Counted from the stretch's first letter, positions 46,495 to 57,105 are shown. The stretch is 64,000 bases of DNA from an uncultured Gemmatimonadales bacterium (GCA_963695555.1 CAVOGR010000002.1:1-64000), one strand, 5' to 3'. A program made the numbers and translations. Notes: generated by a model not told the origin, from the sequence alone.

Positions 46495-47376
46495 ATGGGC
46501 TCGTCGCCCGTTGCCGTTTCACGCGGCGGAAGGAATGTCGACTTGAATGACCATCGGATCTATCGTGTGACGTCCATCGGGCGGCCGCTCGACCCGAGCT
46601 ATCGCACCAACCTGGCCGTGTTGGTGCTGATGCCCGTGGCCGCTCTTGTTGCCGCCCTGGCGGCGGCGATCCGCGGGGATGGATTCGGAGCAATCGCGGC
46701 ACAGGCCCTGGTGGGTCCTGCTGCGGCATTCGGCGCCTGGGCATTGGCGCGTGAGCTGGCGCCGGACGACAACCCCGCCGCCTTCGTCAGCATGGCGCTG
46801 GCCTTTGCGGCGTCGCTCACCGTCGCCTCGCCGAGCCTGCTGCTCCTGTTCACCACGCTGGGTATGGTGCGGATCGTGAACCGGACGGTGGGGCCGCCCG
46901 CCCGCCTGACCGATTCCCTGGTAGTGCTCGGCCTGATCCTGGCGACGGCCTGGATCATCCGGAGTCCCGTGCTGCCGGTGGTCGGGGCGGTCGCGTTTGC
47001 GCTCGACGCATCGCTCGAAGACGGAACGCGTCGCCAGCTCGCATTCGCCATGCTGGCCTTGGTCGGTGCGGCAGTGGCGCTTGGTGTGGTGGACACCGCG
47101 ACTGAAAGCCACACGCTTCCCGTCGCGACCGGTGTCCTGATTGGGATCGTGAGCGTGGGGTTCGGCATCGCCATCGCGCGGACCCGCCGGGTGAGTTCCG
47201 TGGCCGACATGACCGGCCAGCCGTTGTCGGTGAATCGTGTCCGGGCCGGAATGTTCATCGCACTACTCGTCGCGGTCCAGGCGGTGTTGCTGGGAACGGA
47301 AGGCCTCGAGCTATCGGCCCTCGTCTGGGCCACGCTGGCAGGGGTGGCGATTGGGGGAGTAGGGAGTAGGGAGTAG
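46495..47376 (+). CDS. Hypothetical multi-pass membrane protein
   Basis: Hydrophobic ORF with WALARELAPD; stop supplied by heptamer array. Confidence 0.7.
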   Translation: MGSSPVAVSRGGRNVDLNDHRIYRVTSIGRPLDPSYRTNLAVLVLMPVAALVAALAAAIRGDGFGAIAAQALVGPAAAFGAWALARELAPDDNPAAFVSMALAFAASLTVASPSLLLLFTTLGMVRIVNRTVGPPARLTDSLVVLGLILATAWIIRSPVLPVVGAVAFALDASLEDGTRRQLAFAMLALVGAAVALGVVDTATESHTLPVATGVLIGIVSVGFGIAIARTRRVSSVADMTGQPLSVNRVRAGMFIALLVAVQAVLLGTEGLELSALVWATLAGVAIGGVGSRE

Positions 47377-47459
47377 GGAGTTGAGGGAGAGGACTAAGCG
47401 TAGGCACTGGGAGATTGGTGAGCTCCCTCTCCGACTCCCTTCTCCCTTCTCCCTACTCC

Positions 47460-47903
47460 CTATTTCAAACCCACCACCGTCACGCCAGGGTTCCCGCGGC
47501 CCAGGTCCCGGTCGCTCTCGAGCTTGGGAAACTGCTTGACGATGGCGCTGCTCTTGGTGAAGTGCTCGCCTGCCACGTAACTCCGGACCAAGCCCTTCCG
47601 CTCGAGCTCGGGCAAGACGCGACGTACCGCATCGCGGAGGCTCCCGCCCTTCCCGCTCGAACCGTAGCCGTGAATCACCTTGAGCACCTTCACGCCTTGC
47701 CGGCGCGCGGTCTCGATGCGCCGCTGGAGCTTGGCGAGTGCCTCGGCGACGGTGGGGTGGCCGGTCTCGAGATTCACGGTTTGCAGCCACTTTCCGCGTT
47801 TGGCAGCACCGCTAAACGGGACCGAGGAGCCGCAGAACGGGCAGGTGCTCGTGTCGTCTTCGAGCGGGTTGCCGCAAGTAGGACAGAGAGGGCTGGAGGT
47901 CAT
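47460..47903 (-). CDS. Smr-domain protein with N-terminal Zn ribbon
   Basis: CPTCG..CPFCG; VLKVIHGYGSSGKGG; NPGVTVV. Confidence 0.85.
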   Translation of the reverse strand: MTSSPLCPTCGNPLEDDTSTCPFCGSSVPFSGAAKRGKWLQTVNLETGHPTVAEALAKLQRRIETARRQGVKVLKVIHGYGSSGKGGSLRDAVRRVLPELERKGLVRSYVAGEHFTKSSAIVKQFPKLESDRDLGRGNPGVTVVGLK

Positions 47904-47989
47904 GGGCGAATACACATCAATGACAGAAAGTGAGGAGTGAGGAGGCGCACCAATCGCTTCTCATAGCCCAATTCCACCTTCCCCGTTCC

Positions 47990-48109
47990 GTCATCCCGAG
48001 CGAAGCGAGGGATCTCTTCAACGGTTTCCCGGTCGCAGTCTAGGCCTAAGCGATCTTCCGGATATGCGTCAATGAGATCCCTCGGGCGCTGCGCACCCTC
48101 GGGATGACA
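47990..48109. repeat. REP-like palindromic element copy D
   Basis: Same arms as copy A. Confidence 0.85.
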
Positions 48110-48167
48110 GCTCCGAGCTTACCGACTACTCCTTACCCCTTACCCCTTACCCCTTACTCCTCACTCT

Positions 48168-49268
48168 CTACTGAAACTGCAGATTCCGCTCGAAGTCGCC
48201 GGGGCTGGTCGCGGCGGCCATCGCGGTCTTCTGGGAGATGTGGTCTTTCTTGAACAGCTCCATCAGGTGCTGATCGAAGGTCTGCATCCCGTACTGTTCG
48301 CGACCCTCCTCGAGATAGTCCTTGATCTCGGAGGTCTTTTCCTGGTTGGCGATACAGTCGGCGATGGTGGGCGTGTTCCGGAGGATCTCGACCGCCACGA
48401 CCCGGCCCTGGCCGTCCTTCCGCGGCAGCAGGCGCTGGGAGATCACCGCCTTCAGCGTCTCCGCCAGCCTGAGTCGGGTAGGCTTCTGCTCGGCGGCGTC
48501 GAACACGCTCACCAGCCGGGTGATGGTCTTGATCGCATCGGTGGTGTGCACCGTGCTGAAGACCAGATGTCCCGTCTCCGCCGCCTTGAGCGCCACATCG
48601 ATGGTGGCCCGGTCGCGCATCTCGCCGACCATAATGATGTCGGGATCCTGCCGAAGGGCCGCCCGTAGTGCATCCGCAAAGGTGCTGGTATCGGTACCGA
48701 GCTCGCGCTGAATGATGATGCTCTTCTGGTCCTTGTGGAGAAACTCGATCGGATCCTCGATGGTGACGACCTTGCCAGCTCGATTCTGATTGACGTAGCC
48801 CACCATCGCGGCCAGGGTCGATGACTTGCCGCTTCCCGTCACACCGGTCAGCAATACCAGACCGCGATCTTCCATCGAGATCTTCTCGAGCACCGGCGGG
48901 AGGCCGAGCTGCTCGAAGTCCGGCACCCCGACGGGGATGTTGCGCAATACGACAGCCAACGAACCCCGCTGGCTGCAGATATTCACTCTGAATCGGCCGC
49001 AATCTTGGAGCGAGTACGAGCAATCGAGGTCTTTGAGATCGTGGAGTACGCCATCGATGGAATCCGGTGTCGCCTTCTTCGCCGCCAGGAGGATGTGCCT
49101 GGAAATGGCCTCGGTGTCTTGCGGGGTCAAGCCTTCGGTCCCGGTGACGGGAACCATCTGCCCCCGAACGCGGAGCCGATACGGCCCGCCCGCCCCAACG
49201 TGGACATCCGAGGCATTCACCTCGATGGCCTTCTTGAGGATGGCGTCAAAGGTCCCGATAGTCGTCAT
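48168..49268 (-). CDS. pilT: Type IV pilus retraction ATPase PilT/PilU family
   Basis: ASDVH, GRFRVN, GVTGSGKSST, TIEDPIE, ALRQDPD, GEMRD, GHLVFSTVHT, GMQTFDQ. Confidence 0.92.
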   Translation of the reverse strand: MTTIGTFDAILKKAIEVNASDVHVGAGGPYRLRVRGQMVPVTGTEGLTPQDTEAISRHILLAAKKATPDSIDGVLHDLKDLDCSYSLQDCGRFRVNICSQRGSLAVVLRNIPVGVPDFEQLGLPPVLEKISMEDRGLVLLTGVTGSGKSSTLAAMVGYVNQNRAGKVVTIEDPIEFLHKDQKSIIIQRELGTDTSTFADALRAALRQDPDIIMVGEMRDRATIDVALKAAETGHLVFSTVHTTDAIKTITRLVSVFDAAEQKPTRLRLAETLKAVISQRLLPRKDGQGRVVAVEILRNTPTIADCIANQEKTSEIKDYLEEGREQYGMQTFDQHLMELFKKDHISQKTAMAAATSPGDFERNLQFQ

Positions 49269-49374
49269 TGGTGTTCCAGGTCAGGAATGTGCGGCGTTCA
49301 GACTAGGGAATACCCTAGCAACCAGGCGACCTTCGGCTCGGTAACTCGAATCGACAGGCGCGTATCCAACGCAA

Positions 49375-49398
49375 AGGGCGGGCCGTTTGGCCCGCCCT
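49375..49398 (-). terminator. Rho-independent terminator after rpsU
   Basis: AGGGCGGGCC-gttt-GGCCCGCCCT hairpin followed by T-run on - strand. Confidence 0.65.
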
Positions 49399-49412
49399 AA
49401 CGAGTCGGATAC

Positions 49413-49613
49413 TCAGGCGATGCGCGGCCTGGGCTTCTTCCGCTTCCGCCGCTGGGCGGCCGCGGCCTTCAACCGTCGGGCCGTGCTCGGTTTGACGTGG
49501 TGCCGTCGCTGGCGGACTTCCTTCAGGATCCCGGACCGCTGGACCTTGCGTCGAAAGGCCTTGATGGCCTGTTCGATGCCGCCGTTTTCGGAGAGGGTGA
49601 CCTCTATCATCAT
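49413..49613 (-). CDS. rpsU: 30S ribosomal protein S21
   Basis: IEQAIKAFRRKVQRSGILKEVRQRRHHVKPS. Confidence 0.9.
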   Translation of the reverse strand: MMIEVTLSENGGIEQAIKAFRRKVQRSGILKEVRQRRHHVKPSTARRLKAAAAQRRKRKKPRPRIA

Positions 49614-49890
49614 GCGCCTCGGATTGCGGTTTGCTTGAGGTGCCGACAGACAGAGAGGGCCGGCGCGAACGCCAGCCCTCTCGAGGTGTCGTCGGTGCTC
49701 CGCGCCTTTGAACGGCGCAGGAGTCGCTGAAGAAAGGTAACCGGGTGGTCGGGGGCCGACAACCGAGGGCCGCCCCTCTCACTCCTTACTCCTTACTGCT
49801 CACGACCTTACTTCCCTTCTTCCCGCCTTCCCGCCTTCCCCCTACTCCCTACTCCCTACTCCCTACTCCCTCCTCCCTCCTCCCTGCTCC

Positions 49891-51786
49891 CTACCCCCCC
49901 AACACCACCAACGCCTCGCCCAGCGCCACCGGCCACCGCGGCGTGTACGACTCGCCCTGCACGGTCTTGTCGAAGCCGCGCTCGGACTTGGCCACGGTCG
50001 CGATGGCAAAGACCCAGAGATCGGGTGTCGGCACACAATCGAGCTGGAGCTCACGAGCCAGCGAAATTTCCGGCGCGAAGAACGCATCGGGCGGGAACGC
50101 GCTCGGATCCCAACGATAGCTCACGGAGAGACGTCCGGCATGATCGAACCGGAGCCGCTTCTCGATCAGCCCGGGGGCGGCCTCGGTTGTCGGTCGGAGC
50201 ACGATGTTGATGCCCTGGTCCTTGTGCTCGACACTCGCACGAAACACGGCTCGGGCCCAACTGACTACCGGCTCGTACCGACCCCGCTCATAGGCTTCGA
50301 GCGAGAGACCGGCCGGCAATACCCGGTCCACGAACAGCGCCCGAGTGTCCGTGTCGACGGGCGCCAACTCGGCCGGCTCGATACTCGCCGCGCCGTCCGA
50401 CGGCGCGACGGGAGCGGCGAGCTGGAGATAGGCCTCGCGACGCCGGGTCAGCACATCGGCATAGTTGATGCCGGTCTCGAACAGGGTGTATTCCTCCACA
50501 ACGCCGCCTCGGTCCGGGCTCACGACGGCGCTGAACCTGGCCGAATGGACCAGGATCTCCTCATGTCCGTCGGCGTCGAAGTCGGCCATGTCATGGGCCA
50601 GCGGATCGTCGGCACGTAATTCGGCTTCGGCCAGCGCAAGGTTGTGCCATACCGCGGCACGGAGATGCGGCAAGTAGAGCCCGCCAAAGACGCCATGCCA
50701 GTAGGCATCGTTGCATTGCGCGCGGCCGATGGCACGGCGCGCGTCGGGCGGATCACCCCGCCAGCGACACAGTGCCGACAACGCCATCATCTTCTTGTGC
50801 ATCCGATTGGCTTCGGCATACTTGGCCAGGAAGTTCCGCCAGTGCGCTCCCCGAACGAGGGCGCCGTCGGCACCCTCCAGACGTTCCTTGCCAAGATCGT
50901 GCTCCAGCCGGGCCAGTCGAACGGCCGCGGTGGGCGGCAGGGCCCAGCCTTCCATCTCACGGTATGACGCGGTCGGCAGGTAGGCGATCCCGGCGCTCGG
51001 CACCTCCTTCAACGCCTGCGCGAAGGTGGTCAGTTGTACCTCGCCGCGCGCAGCCATCCCACCCATCACGTCCAGGAACTGATCGAGCCACCCCCGCTCG
51101 TACACCCATTCCCTGGTGCCGGGCCAGCCACCGAACTTCTCGCCATCGTCGGCCAGGACGGCCAGCCGGTGACCAGCGTCCCGGAGTTCACGCAGGTATC
51201 CCGCTGTTTCTTCCGGTGGACGAAACGGCACCAGATACCGCAGCCGCTCGTCAATCGGGAACAGGGTGACGCGCTTGCCGTCGCTCTCGGTGGTCCAGGG
51301 CGTGTGAATCTGATGGCGCTCGAACCCGCTCACCAGAAAATGGTGATCGTCCACCAACACGAACCGCACCCCGGCCTCGGCGAGGTCGGCCGGCAGGTCC
51401 GGCTCCCATACGCGCTCGGTGAGCCAGAGCCCGGTGGCCGTGACGCCGAACCGCCGCTCGATGGCCTCTCGCATCCACTGAATCTGCTCGATCCGGTCCG
51501 CTCGTGGTAACGCCGCCAGGATGGGCTCGTAGAACCCGGCGAGCAGCAGTTCCACCCGCCCATCCGAAACCAGTCTGCCGACCAGATCGAGGAATCCGTC
51601 GCTGTGTTGCTCGAGCCATTCGAGCAACGGCCCCGAGATGTGGAGGGTGACGGGGAGGAAGTCGCGTTCCGAGACCCGCTGGAGAAATGGGAGGTACGCC
51701 TGATCGACATGATCCCGAAACACGTGATCGAAATTGCCGGTGGGCTGATGGAGGTGGACGCCGAAGGCGAAGCGAATGGGATCCAC
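49891..51786 (-). CDS. GH57 4-alpha-glucanotransferase/alpha-amylase (DUF1925/1926)
   Basis: HLHQP.GN, WLTERVWEP, DDGEKFGGWP, AQCNDAYWHG; GTG 51786. Confidence 0.88.
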   Translation of the reverse strand: MDPIRFAFGVHLHQPTGNFDHVFRDHVDQAYLPFLQRVSERDFLPVTLHISGPLLEWLEQHSDGFLDLVGRLVSDGRVELLLAGFYEPILAALPRADRIEQIQWMREAIERRFGVTATGLWLTERVWEPDLPADLAEAGVRFVLVDDHHFLVSGFERHQIHTPWTTESDGKRVTLFPIDERLRYLVPFRPPEETAGYLRELRDAGHRLAVLADDGEKFGGWPGTREWVYERGWLDQFLDVMGGMAARGEVQLTTFAQALKEVPSAGIAYLPTASYREMEGWALPPTAAVRLARLEHDLGKERLEGADGALVRGAHWRNFLAKYAEANRMHKKMMALSALCRWRGDPPDARRAIGRAQCNDAYWHGVFGGLYLPHLRAAVWHNLALAEAELRADDPLAHDMADFDADGHEEILVHSARFSAVVSPDRGGVVEEYTLFETGINYADVLTRRREAYLQLAAPVAPSDGAASIEPAELAPVDTDTRALFVDRVLPAGLSLEAYERGRYEPVVSWARAVFRASVEHKDQGINIVLRPTTEAAPGLIEKRLRFDHAGRLSVSYRWDPSAFPPDAFFAPEISLARELQLDCVPTPDLWVFAIATVAKSERGFDKTVQGESYTPRWPVALGEALVVLGG

Positions 51787-51791
51787 GCCGG

Positions 51792-53813
51792 CTATTCCTG
51801 GCTGAAGCCGAGCCGGTGGGCGAACGGCCCAGCGACACGCCTCGCATCGGCGGTCAGCTTGCTCCACGCCCGGGCGAATCGGGTCTGCGCGTCGAATGGA
51901 ATCTTGACCCGGCAGAGTTCGAGCAGATCGAGCAGGCCGGTGGCCCGCTCGATATCGTCCGCCACGGTGGCTTCCCGGATACGCTCCGCAGCCGCCACCA
52001 GCGCGTGACGCACCACCCCCTCGAATCTGGCATCGCCGCGCGCCACCACCGCCTGCTCCTCCGCCATGAGCCACCGTTCTGCCAAGGCCGCACGACGGGC
52101 GCTGGCCACCACTGCGCGATGGTGCTCGGTCAGGTCCGACATCGTCAGGTGGAACCGCGCTCTGTCCGCGGCCTCCACGGTGGCGGAGATCTCCGCGGCG
52201 CTGGCCGCGCCGAGCGAGACGGTGTACTCAGCCCGCCGTCCGGTTGGGCAGTGGACCACGGACACCGTGGCGCCATTGATGTCCGTCCGATACGCCGGGA
52301 CGCCACAGTGCCGCGGATCGCTGCCGGCATCATTGGCCGCCCAGCAACCGGCCGCCACCCGGACCGCGGCAGGCACCGTGGGCTTCACTTGTGCCAGATA
52401 GATATCGCGCGCCGTGCCCAGCGCCGCATCGTTGCTTGGCGCGTTTGCCAACTGCAAGAGGAACTCCTGTTCCAATCGCTCAACGTGGGGCGGGCCGGCC
52501 AGCTCGATGCCGTGCGCCGCGTAGCGCAGTACCTGGCGCGGCTCGATCCTGCCGATGTCATCGAAGAACCAACCGCACGACGTGAACATCCGGAGCGCGT
52601 CCTGCTCCATCTCCAGCAGCTCGAGTGCCCGCACGCACCGCTCGTCGCTGGGCTCCTTGAGCACACCGGCGATGAACTCGTGCCGATCGACCCGGTCGCT
52701 CACCACTTGGCCAAATGCATCGCGCACCGTCCAGGGCTCAGCGAACAATCCGGCCGCTTCGCGCTCGTAGACCTGGTGGAGTTCGCCCGCCAGCCAGTCC
52801 ACCGCTTGCCTGAGCGGAGCCCGCCAGCGCTGTTGCGAGCTATCGGTCGGCACCATCTTGCAGCCGCAGTCCGACCGCCAGCGCTCGATCCCGTGCGAAC
52901 AGCTCCACGAGCTGGGCGACACCAACTGGACGTCCTCGGTGGGTGGATGGCGCGCGAGGAACGAGGCGAAGTTCTCGATCTGCACGTTCGGGCGTCGGCC
53001 GAGCCGCTCGAGCACAGCCGCCAGTGCCATCTCCCCGAAGGCATGATGGTGGCCGTAGGTCTCGCCGTCGGTCGCAACACTCACCAGGTCCGGCCCAAGC
53101 GGATCCGGGCCGGGCACCATACGCTCGGCCCAGGCCTCGGCGTTGTGCAGCAGCGACCCGAAGCCGATCTCGTGCGAGATCGAGCCGAAGTACACGAAGA
53201 CTGCCAGCTCGCGTCCACCGGACGTGCGATACCGGCCCGGCAATCCCCCCGCCGGCGGCTGGACGACCTGATGGGGACCGAGCACGGTGAACCGGATCCC
53301 CTCGGCCGCGAGGACATCCAGCGTCTCGTGATCCACCGCCGTCTCTGGCAGCCACATTCCCGTCGGCTCCCGACCGAAGCGGCGGCGGAAATTCTCCATG
53401 CCCCAGCGTACCTCAGTGACCTTGTCGCGCCGCGAGCTGAGCGGCAAGATGGTGTGATGGTACGGCATGGCGATGGCATTGCCGTGCCCGCCCAGCCGCT
53501 CGGCGCTCCGTCGATCGGCACCGAGTATCGCGTGGTACGTGTCGTGCGCTTCCCGCTCCAGCCACTCCATGAGTGTCGGACCCACATTGAAACTGATCCA
53601 GTCGAGCGTGTTCACGATTCGGGCGATGCGTCCGTCGCCTCCGGCAACGCGAGCCGCCACCACCGCCCGGTAGCACTCTCGTTCGATGCGCTGATTCCAG
53701 TCGTGAAACGGCGCCGCCGACGGTTCCGACTCCACCTCGTCCAGCCAGGGATCTTCCCGCGGCGGCTGGTAGAAGTGACCGTGGATGACGACCGAGCGAG
53801 GATGAGCGCTCAT
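51792..53813 (-). CDS. GH57 DUF3536-domain glycoside hydrolase
   Basis: HGHFYQPPRE, WLPETA, TDGETYGHH, MFTSCGWFFD. Confidence 0.88.
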   Translation of the reverse strand: MSAHPRSVVIHGHFYQPPREDPWLDEVESEPSAAPFHDWNQRIERECYRAVVAARVAGGDGRIARIVNTLDWISFNVGPTLMEWLEREAHDTYHAILGADRRSAERLGGHGNAIAMPYHHTILPLSSRRDKVTEVRWGMENFRRRFGREPTGMWLPETAVDHETLDVLAAEGIRFTVLGPHQVVQPPAGGLPGRYRTSGGRELAVFVYFGSISHEIGFGSLLHNAEAWAERMVPGPDPLGPDLVSVATDGETYGHHHAFGEMALAAVLERLGRRPNVQIENFASFLARHPPTEDVQLVSPSSWSCSHGIERWRSDCGCKMVPTDSSQQRWRAPLRQAVDWLAGELHQVYEREAAGLFAEPWTVRDAFGQVVSDRVDRHEFIAGVLKEPSDERCVRALELLEMEQDALRMFTSCGWFFDDIGRIEPRQVLRYAAHGIELAGPPHVERLEQEFLLQLANAPSNDAALGTARDIYLAQVKPTVPAAVRVAAGCWAANDAGSDPRHCGVPAYRTDINGATVSVVHCPTGRRAEYTVSLGAASAAEISATVEAADRARFHLTMSDLTEHHRAVVASARRAALAERWLMAEEQAVVARGDARFEGVVRHALVAAAERIREATVADDIERATGLLDLLELCRVKIPFDAQTRFARAWSKLTADARRVAGPFAHRLGFSQE

Positions 53814-53833
53814 GAAGTGCGGGTGGGAGTCGG

Positions 53834-55549
53834 CTAGCCGGCGCGCGCCGGTCGCGCTATGAGGGCCCGCTCGACCGCGGGCAGGATATCCGGAAAGAGA
53901 TGGTCGCGCTGGGACAGCGTCGCGGCGGACTGCCGCGCCGCCTCGCATACCGAGGCCGGTGCGTCGGGGGCCAACGCTTGGATGAGACGGGTCGCGTCGT
54001 CGACGTGGAGATTGAATCGATCCGCCCCATAGTTCGCCACCGCGCCGGTCGAGATGATAAACGGCCAGTCGGACGACTGTGCCAGCACCAGCTGGCGGGC
54101 GGCCTGCGCCACGATGGGCCGGAGCGCCTCCGAGGCGAGCGCGCGAGGGACCGCGTCCCAGAAGGCGTCTTCCAGCGGCCAGAGACGCTGCCACATCCAG
54201 CGCGTACCGTCGTTCAGCCACATACTGTTGTCGCCATTGGCACCCCACGACCCCGCCGCGAGCCGGATGACATTGGTCGGCGGATGCTCGGCCAAGTGGC
54301 CGGACGCCGTGACGGGCCGGACCTCCGCGCGGCCGGCCAGGCGGCTGAACAGGGCGGCCACGAAATCGACTCCCTCGTACCACCAGTGACCGAAGAGCTC
54401 GGTATCGAACGGTGCCACGACGACGGCATCGTCCGCACCAGCTTGCGCGGCAGCGATGCCGGAGAGCAGCTGGGCAAAGTGGTCGGCGTGACTTCCCACG
54501 CGCTCGATGGCGCGAACCGGATCGTACGGACGCTTGTCGCCGAGGTCGACGTTGGGGCCGCTCACCCGCCAGAACTTGAGCCCGCCGGGCCAGCGGATCT
54601 TGTGGAAATCGAGATACCACTCGTCACCCGGATAGCCTTGTTGGCGACTCCACACCTGGAGCGACGAGCGAGGATCGCGCACCAGGCAGATGGCGGACGG
54701 CCCCCGTTTGGTCGAGGCCGCACGGTACGCCCGATAGGGCGACCGTTCGACTTCCGAGACTCGCGCGCTCGGGATGTCATGCCGCTCGGCATCGAACCGC
54801 TCGACGCCGAGCGGCACATCGGCATACGTGCCGAGGGCGTCGCCGGCATGGGCCAGGTGGGCGTCGGTAAAGAAATAGCGGAAGCCGGCCCATTCGAGGT
54901 GGGCTTCGATGCCGGCCCTGGTGCCGGGGTGCGGCGCCTCGGGCAGCGGGGCCCATCGGCCGCGCGGCCGGTAGCCACATTCCGGGAGCCAGCACCCGGC
55001 CGGGTCGCGACCGAACAGCCGGCGGTGCTCCGCATACCCCAGACCCAGCTGGAGCCGGATGCTTTCGTCGCGGGCAAGCAGCGGGAGGAACCCGTGCGTG
55101 GCGGCGGAGCTGACGATTTCGATCATACCCCGGCGCTCCAGATCGCCGAACGCGCCGACGAGGTCGCCGTTCACGTCATGGAACAGATCGCGCAGCCGCT
55201 CGAATCGAGAACGCCAGTAGCCCACCAGGGGTTGGAGATGCGCATCGCCCGTCGTGGCAAGCGAGGCAGGCGCCTCGTCACAGGCCGCGAGCCGCTGGGT
55301 AAAGAATTCCTCCAGTTCCTCCACGAACAGGGGGCTGGTAAGCTGGTTCGCCAGCACCGGGGTGATGCCGATCGTGAGCGGCACCGCCGTGCCCTGCGCA
55401 TCGAGCGCGCGCAGATTTTCCAGGAGCGGCAGGTAGGTATCGACTGCGGCCTCGGTCAGCCAATCACTGCCGTGGGGCCACCGACCGTGGTTCAGCACAT
55501 ACGGCAGGTGGCTGTGGAGCATGAGGATGAAATTCATATTGTCCGTCAC
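53834..55549 (-). CDS. GH57 1,4-alpha-glucan branching enzyme (DUF1957)
   Basis: LHSHLPY, WLPECGY, PFDTELFGHWWYEG, AQSSDWPF; GTGA overlap with glgA (alternative ATG 55537). Confidence 0.88.
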   Translation of the reverse strand: MTDNMNFILMLHSHLPYVLNHGRWPHGSDWLTEAAVDTYLPLLENLRALDAQGTAVPLTIGITPVLANQLTSPLFVEELEEFFTQRLAACDEAPASLATTGDAHLQPLVGYWRSRFERLRDLFHDVNGDLVGAFGDLERRGMIEIVSSAATHGFLPLLARDESIRLQLGLGYAEHRRLFGRDPAGCWLPECGYRPRGRWAPLPEAPHPGTRAGIEAHLEWAGFRYFFTDAHLAHAGDALGTYADVPLGVERFDAERHDIPSARVSEVERSPYRAYRAASTKRGPSAICLVRDPRSSLQVWSRQQGYPGDEWYLDFHKIRWPGGLKFWRVSGPNVDLGDKRPYDPVRAIERVGSHADHFAQLLSGIAAAQAGADDAVVVAPFDTELFGHWWYEGVDFVAALFSRLAGRAEVRPVTASGHLAEHPPTNVIRLAAGSWGANGDNSMWLNDGTRWMWQRLWPLEDAFWDAVPRALASEALRPIVAQAARQLVLAQSSDWPFIISTGAVANYGADRFNLHVDDATRLIQALAPDAPASVCEAARQSAATLSQRDHLFPDILPAVERALIARPARAG

Positions 55550-57105
55550 CCTTCTACGCTGCGTAATGCCAGGGCCCGTTGATACACCTCGGCGTAGGCC
55601 GCGGCGGGCCGATCCCATCCGAATTCCTGGCGCATGGCCCTCCGCATGTGATCGCCCCACGCCGCCTGATCCGCGTAGTGCGCCACCGCACGCCCGGCCG
55701 CGACATCCAGGTCTTGTGGCAGGTAGTCGTCGAACAGGAACCCGGTGACGCCATCCTCGATGGTGTCGGCCAGGCCACCCACGCGTCGTGCGACGGGGAT
55801 GGCACCGTAGTGCTGCGCTCGCATTTGCGTGAGCCCGCAGGGTTCGTACAGCGAGGGCATGAGCAGCATGTCGGCGCCGGCAATGAGTCGGTGCTCCATC
55901 GGCTCGTTGAAGTCCGTTTCGACCGCCACCCGCTCGGGCATGGCCTGGGCGAGTTGCCGGAGCGCGGTCTCGTAGCGTGCTTCGCCCTCTCCCAAAAACA
56001 CGAACTGCGCGTCGAGCGACGCGAGGGCGCTGCCTTCCAGGATCAAATCCAGTCCCTTCTGGGTGACCAGCCGGGCGGTCATGCCGAAGATCGGCGTCCG
56101 CGGACTGACCGGGAGGTTGAGCTCTCGCTGGAGCGCCGCCTTGCACTCGACCTTACCGGACAGGTCGTGTTCCGAATAGCGGGCCGCGATTTCGGGATCG
56201 TGCTCCGGGTCCCAGGCGCTGGTGTCGATCCCATTGATGATGCCGACCAACCGGGTCTTGAGGCCGATGAACGTGTCGTGCAGGCCGAATCCGCCGGAGG
56301 CTGTCCTCAGCTCGTGCGCGTGGGTCGGGCTCACCGTCACGGCCATCTCCGAGAATGCCAGGCCGCCCTTGAGCCAGTTGACCTTGCCGTACCATTCCAG
56401 CTGCTGCCAGTTGTAGAGCGACTCAGGGAGCCCAACCAGCGCCAGCGACTCGAACGGGAAGTGCCCCTGGAAGCCGGCGTTGTGCACCGACAACACGCAT
56501 GCCACGCCATTGTAGAAGGCATCGCCGGCGTAGCCGGTGCGGAGATAGACCGGTGCGAGCGCCGTGTGCCAGTCGTGCGCGTGGATCACCAGCGGCGCCT
56601 TGCCAAACTCCGGCAGGCATTCGATCACCGCCCGCGCGAAGAAGGCGAACCGCTGGGGGTTGTCGGGATAGTCCCCATCGGCCCCGCCGTAGATGCCGGG
56701 CCGGTCGAAGTAGTCGGGGTGGTCGATGAAATAGACGTGCGGAGCGCCACGCTTGTGCGGCAGCCGCCAGAGCCGGCCAACCTCGCGGCGGGGGCCGATT
56801 TGGATCGCAAACGGATCGCCGACCGGCACCAGCCGGCCGGCCGCTCCGCGCGCCGAATGATGGAGCGGTAAGACCACCGAACACGGAATGCCGTGGCTGG
56901 CCTGATAGGTTGCAAGGCCGCGGACCGCCTCGGCCAAGCCGCCGGTCCGAGCAAATGGCCAGTACTCCGCCACCACGTGCACCACGCCCGGCGGGCGGGG
57001 CGGTTTTTTGCGGGCGGTGGTTTTCTGGGCGATTGTCTTCTGGGCGGTGGTCTTCCGGGCGGTGGTCTTCCGGGCGCGGCGTGGGTTAGCCGGTTGGCGG
57101 GTCAT
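55546..57105 (-). CDS. glgA: Glycogen synthase
   Basis: RTGGL (K>R variant of KTGGL), HAHDWHT, HN..FQG, QKG, PSLYEPCGLTQ. Confidence 0.93.
   Translation of the reverse strand: MTRQPANPRRARKTTARKTTAQKTIAQKTTARKKPPRPPGVVHVVAEYWPFARTGGLAEAVRGLATYQASHGIPCSVVLPLHHSARGAAGRLVPVGDPFAIQIGPRREVGRLWRLPHKRGAPHVYFIDHPDYFDRPGIYGGADGDYPDNPQRFAFFARAVIECLPEFGKAPLVIHAHDWHTALAPVYLRTGYAGDAFYNGVACVLSVHNAGFQGHFPFESLALVGLPESLYNWQQLEWYGKVNWLKGGLAFSEMAVTVSPTHAHELRTASGGFGLHDTFIGLKTRLVGIINGIDTSAWDPEHDPEIAARYSEHDLSGKVECKAALQRELNLPVSPRTPIFGMTARLVTQKGLDLILEGSALASLDAQFVFLGEGEARYETALRQLAQAMPERVAVETDFNEPMEHRLIAGADMLLMPSLYEPCGLTQMRAQHYGAIPVARRVGGLADTIEDGVTGFLFDDYLPQDLDVAAGRAVAHYADQAAWGDHMRRAMRQEFGWDRPAAAYAEVYQRALALRSVEG
57012..57076. 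repeat. 15-bp tandem repeat encoding (R/Q)KTTA in GlgA N-terminus
   Basis: Four copies of gggcggtggt(c/t)ttc(c/t)-like unit. Confidence 0.8.
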
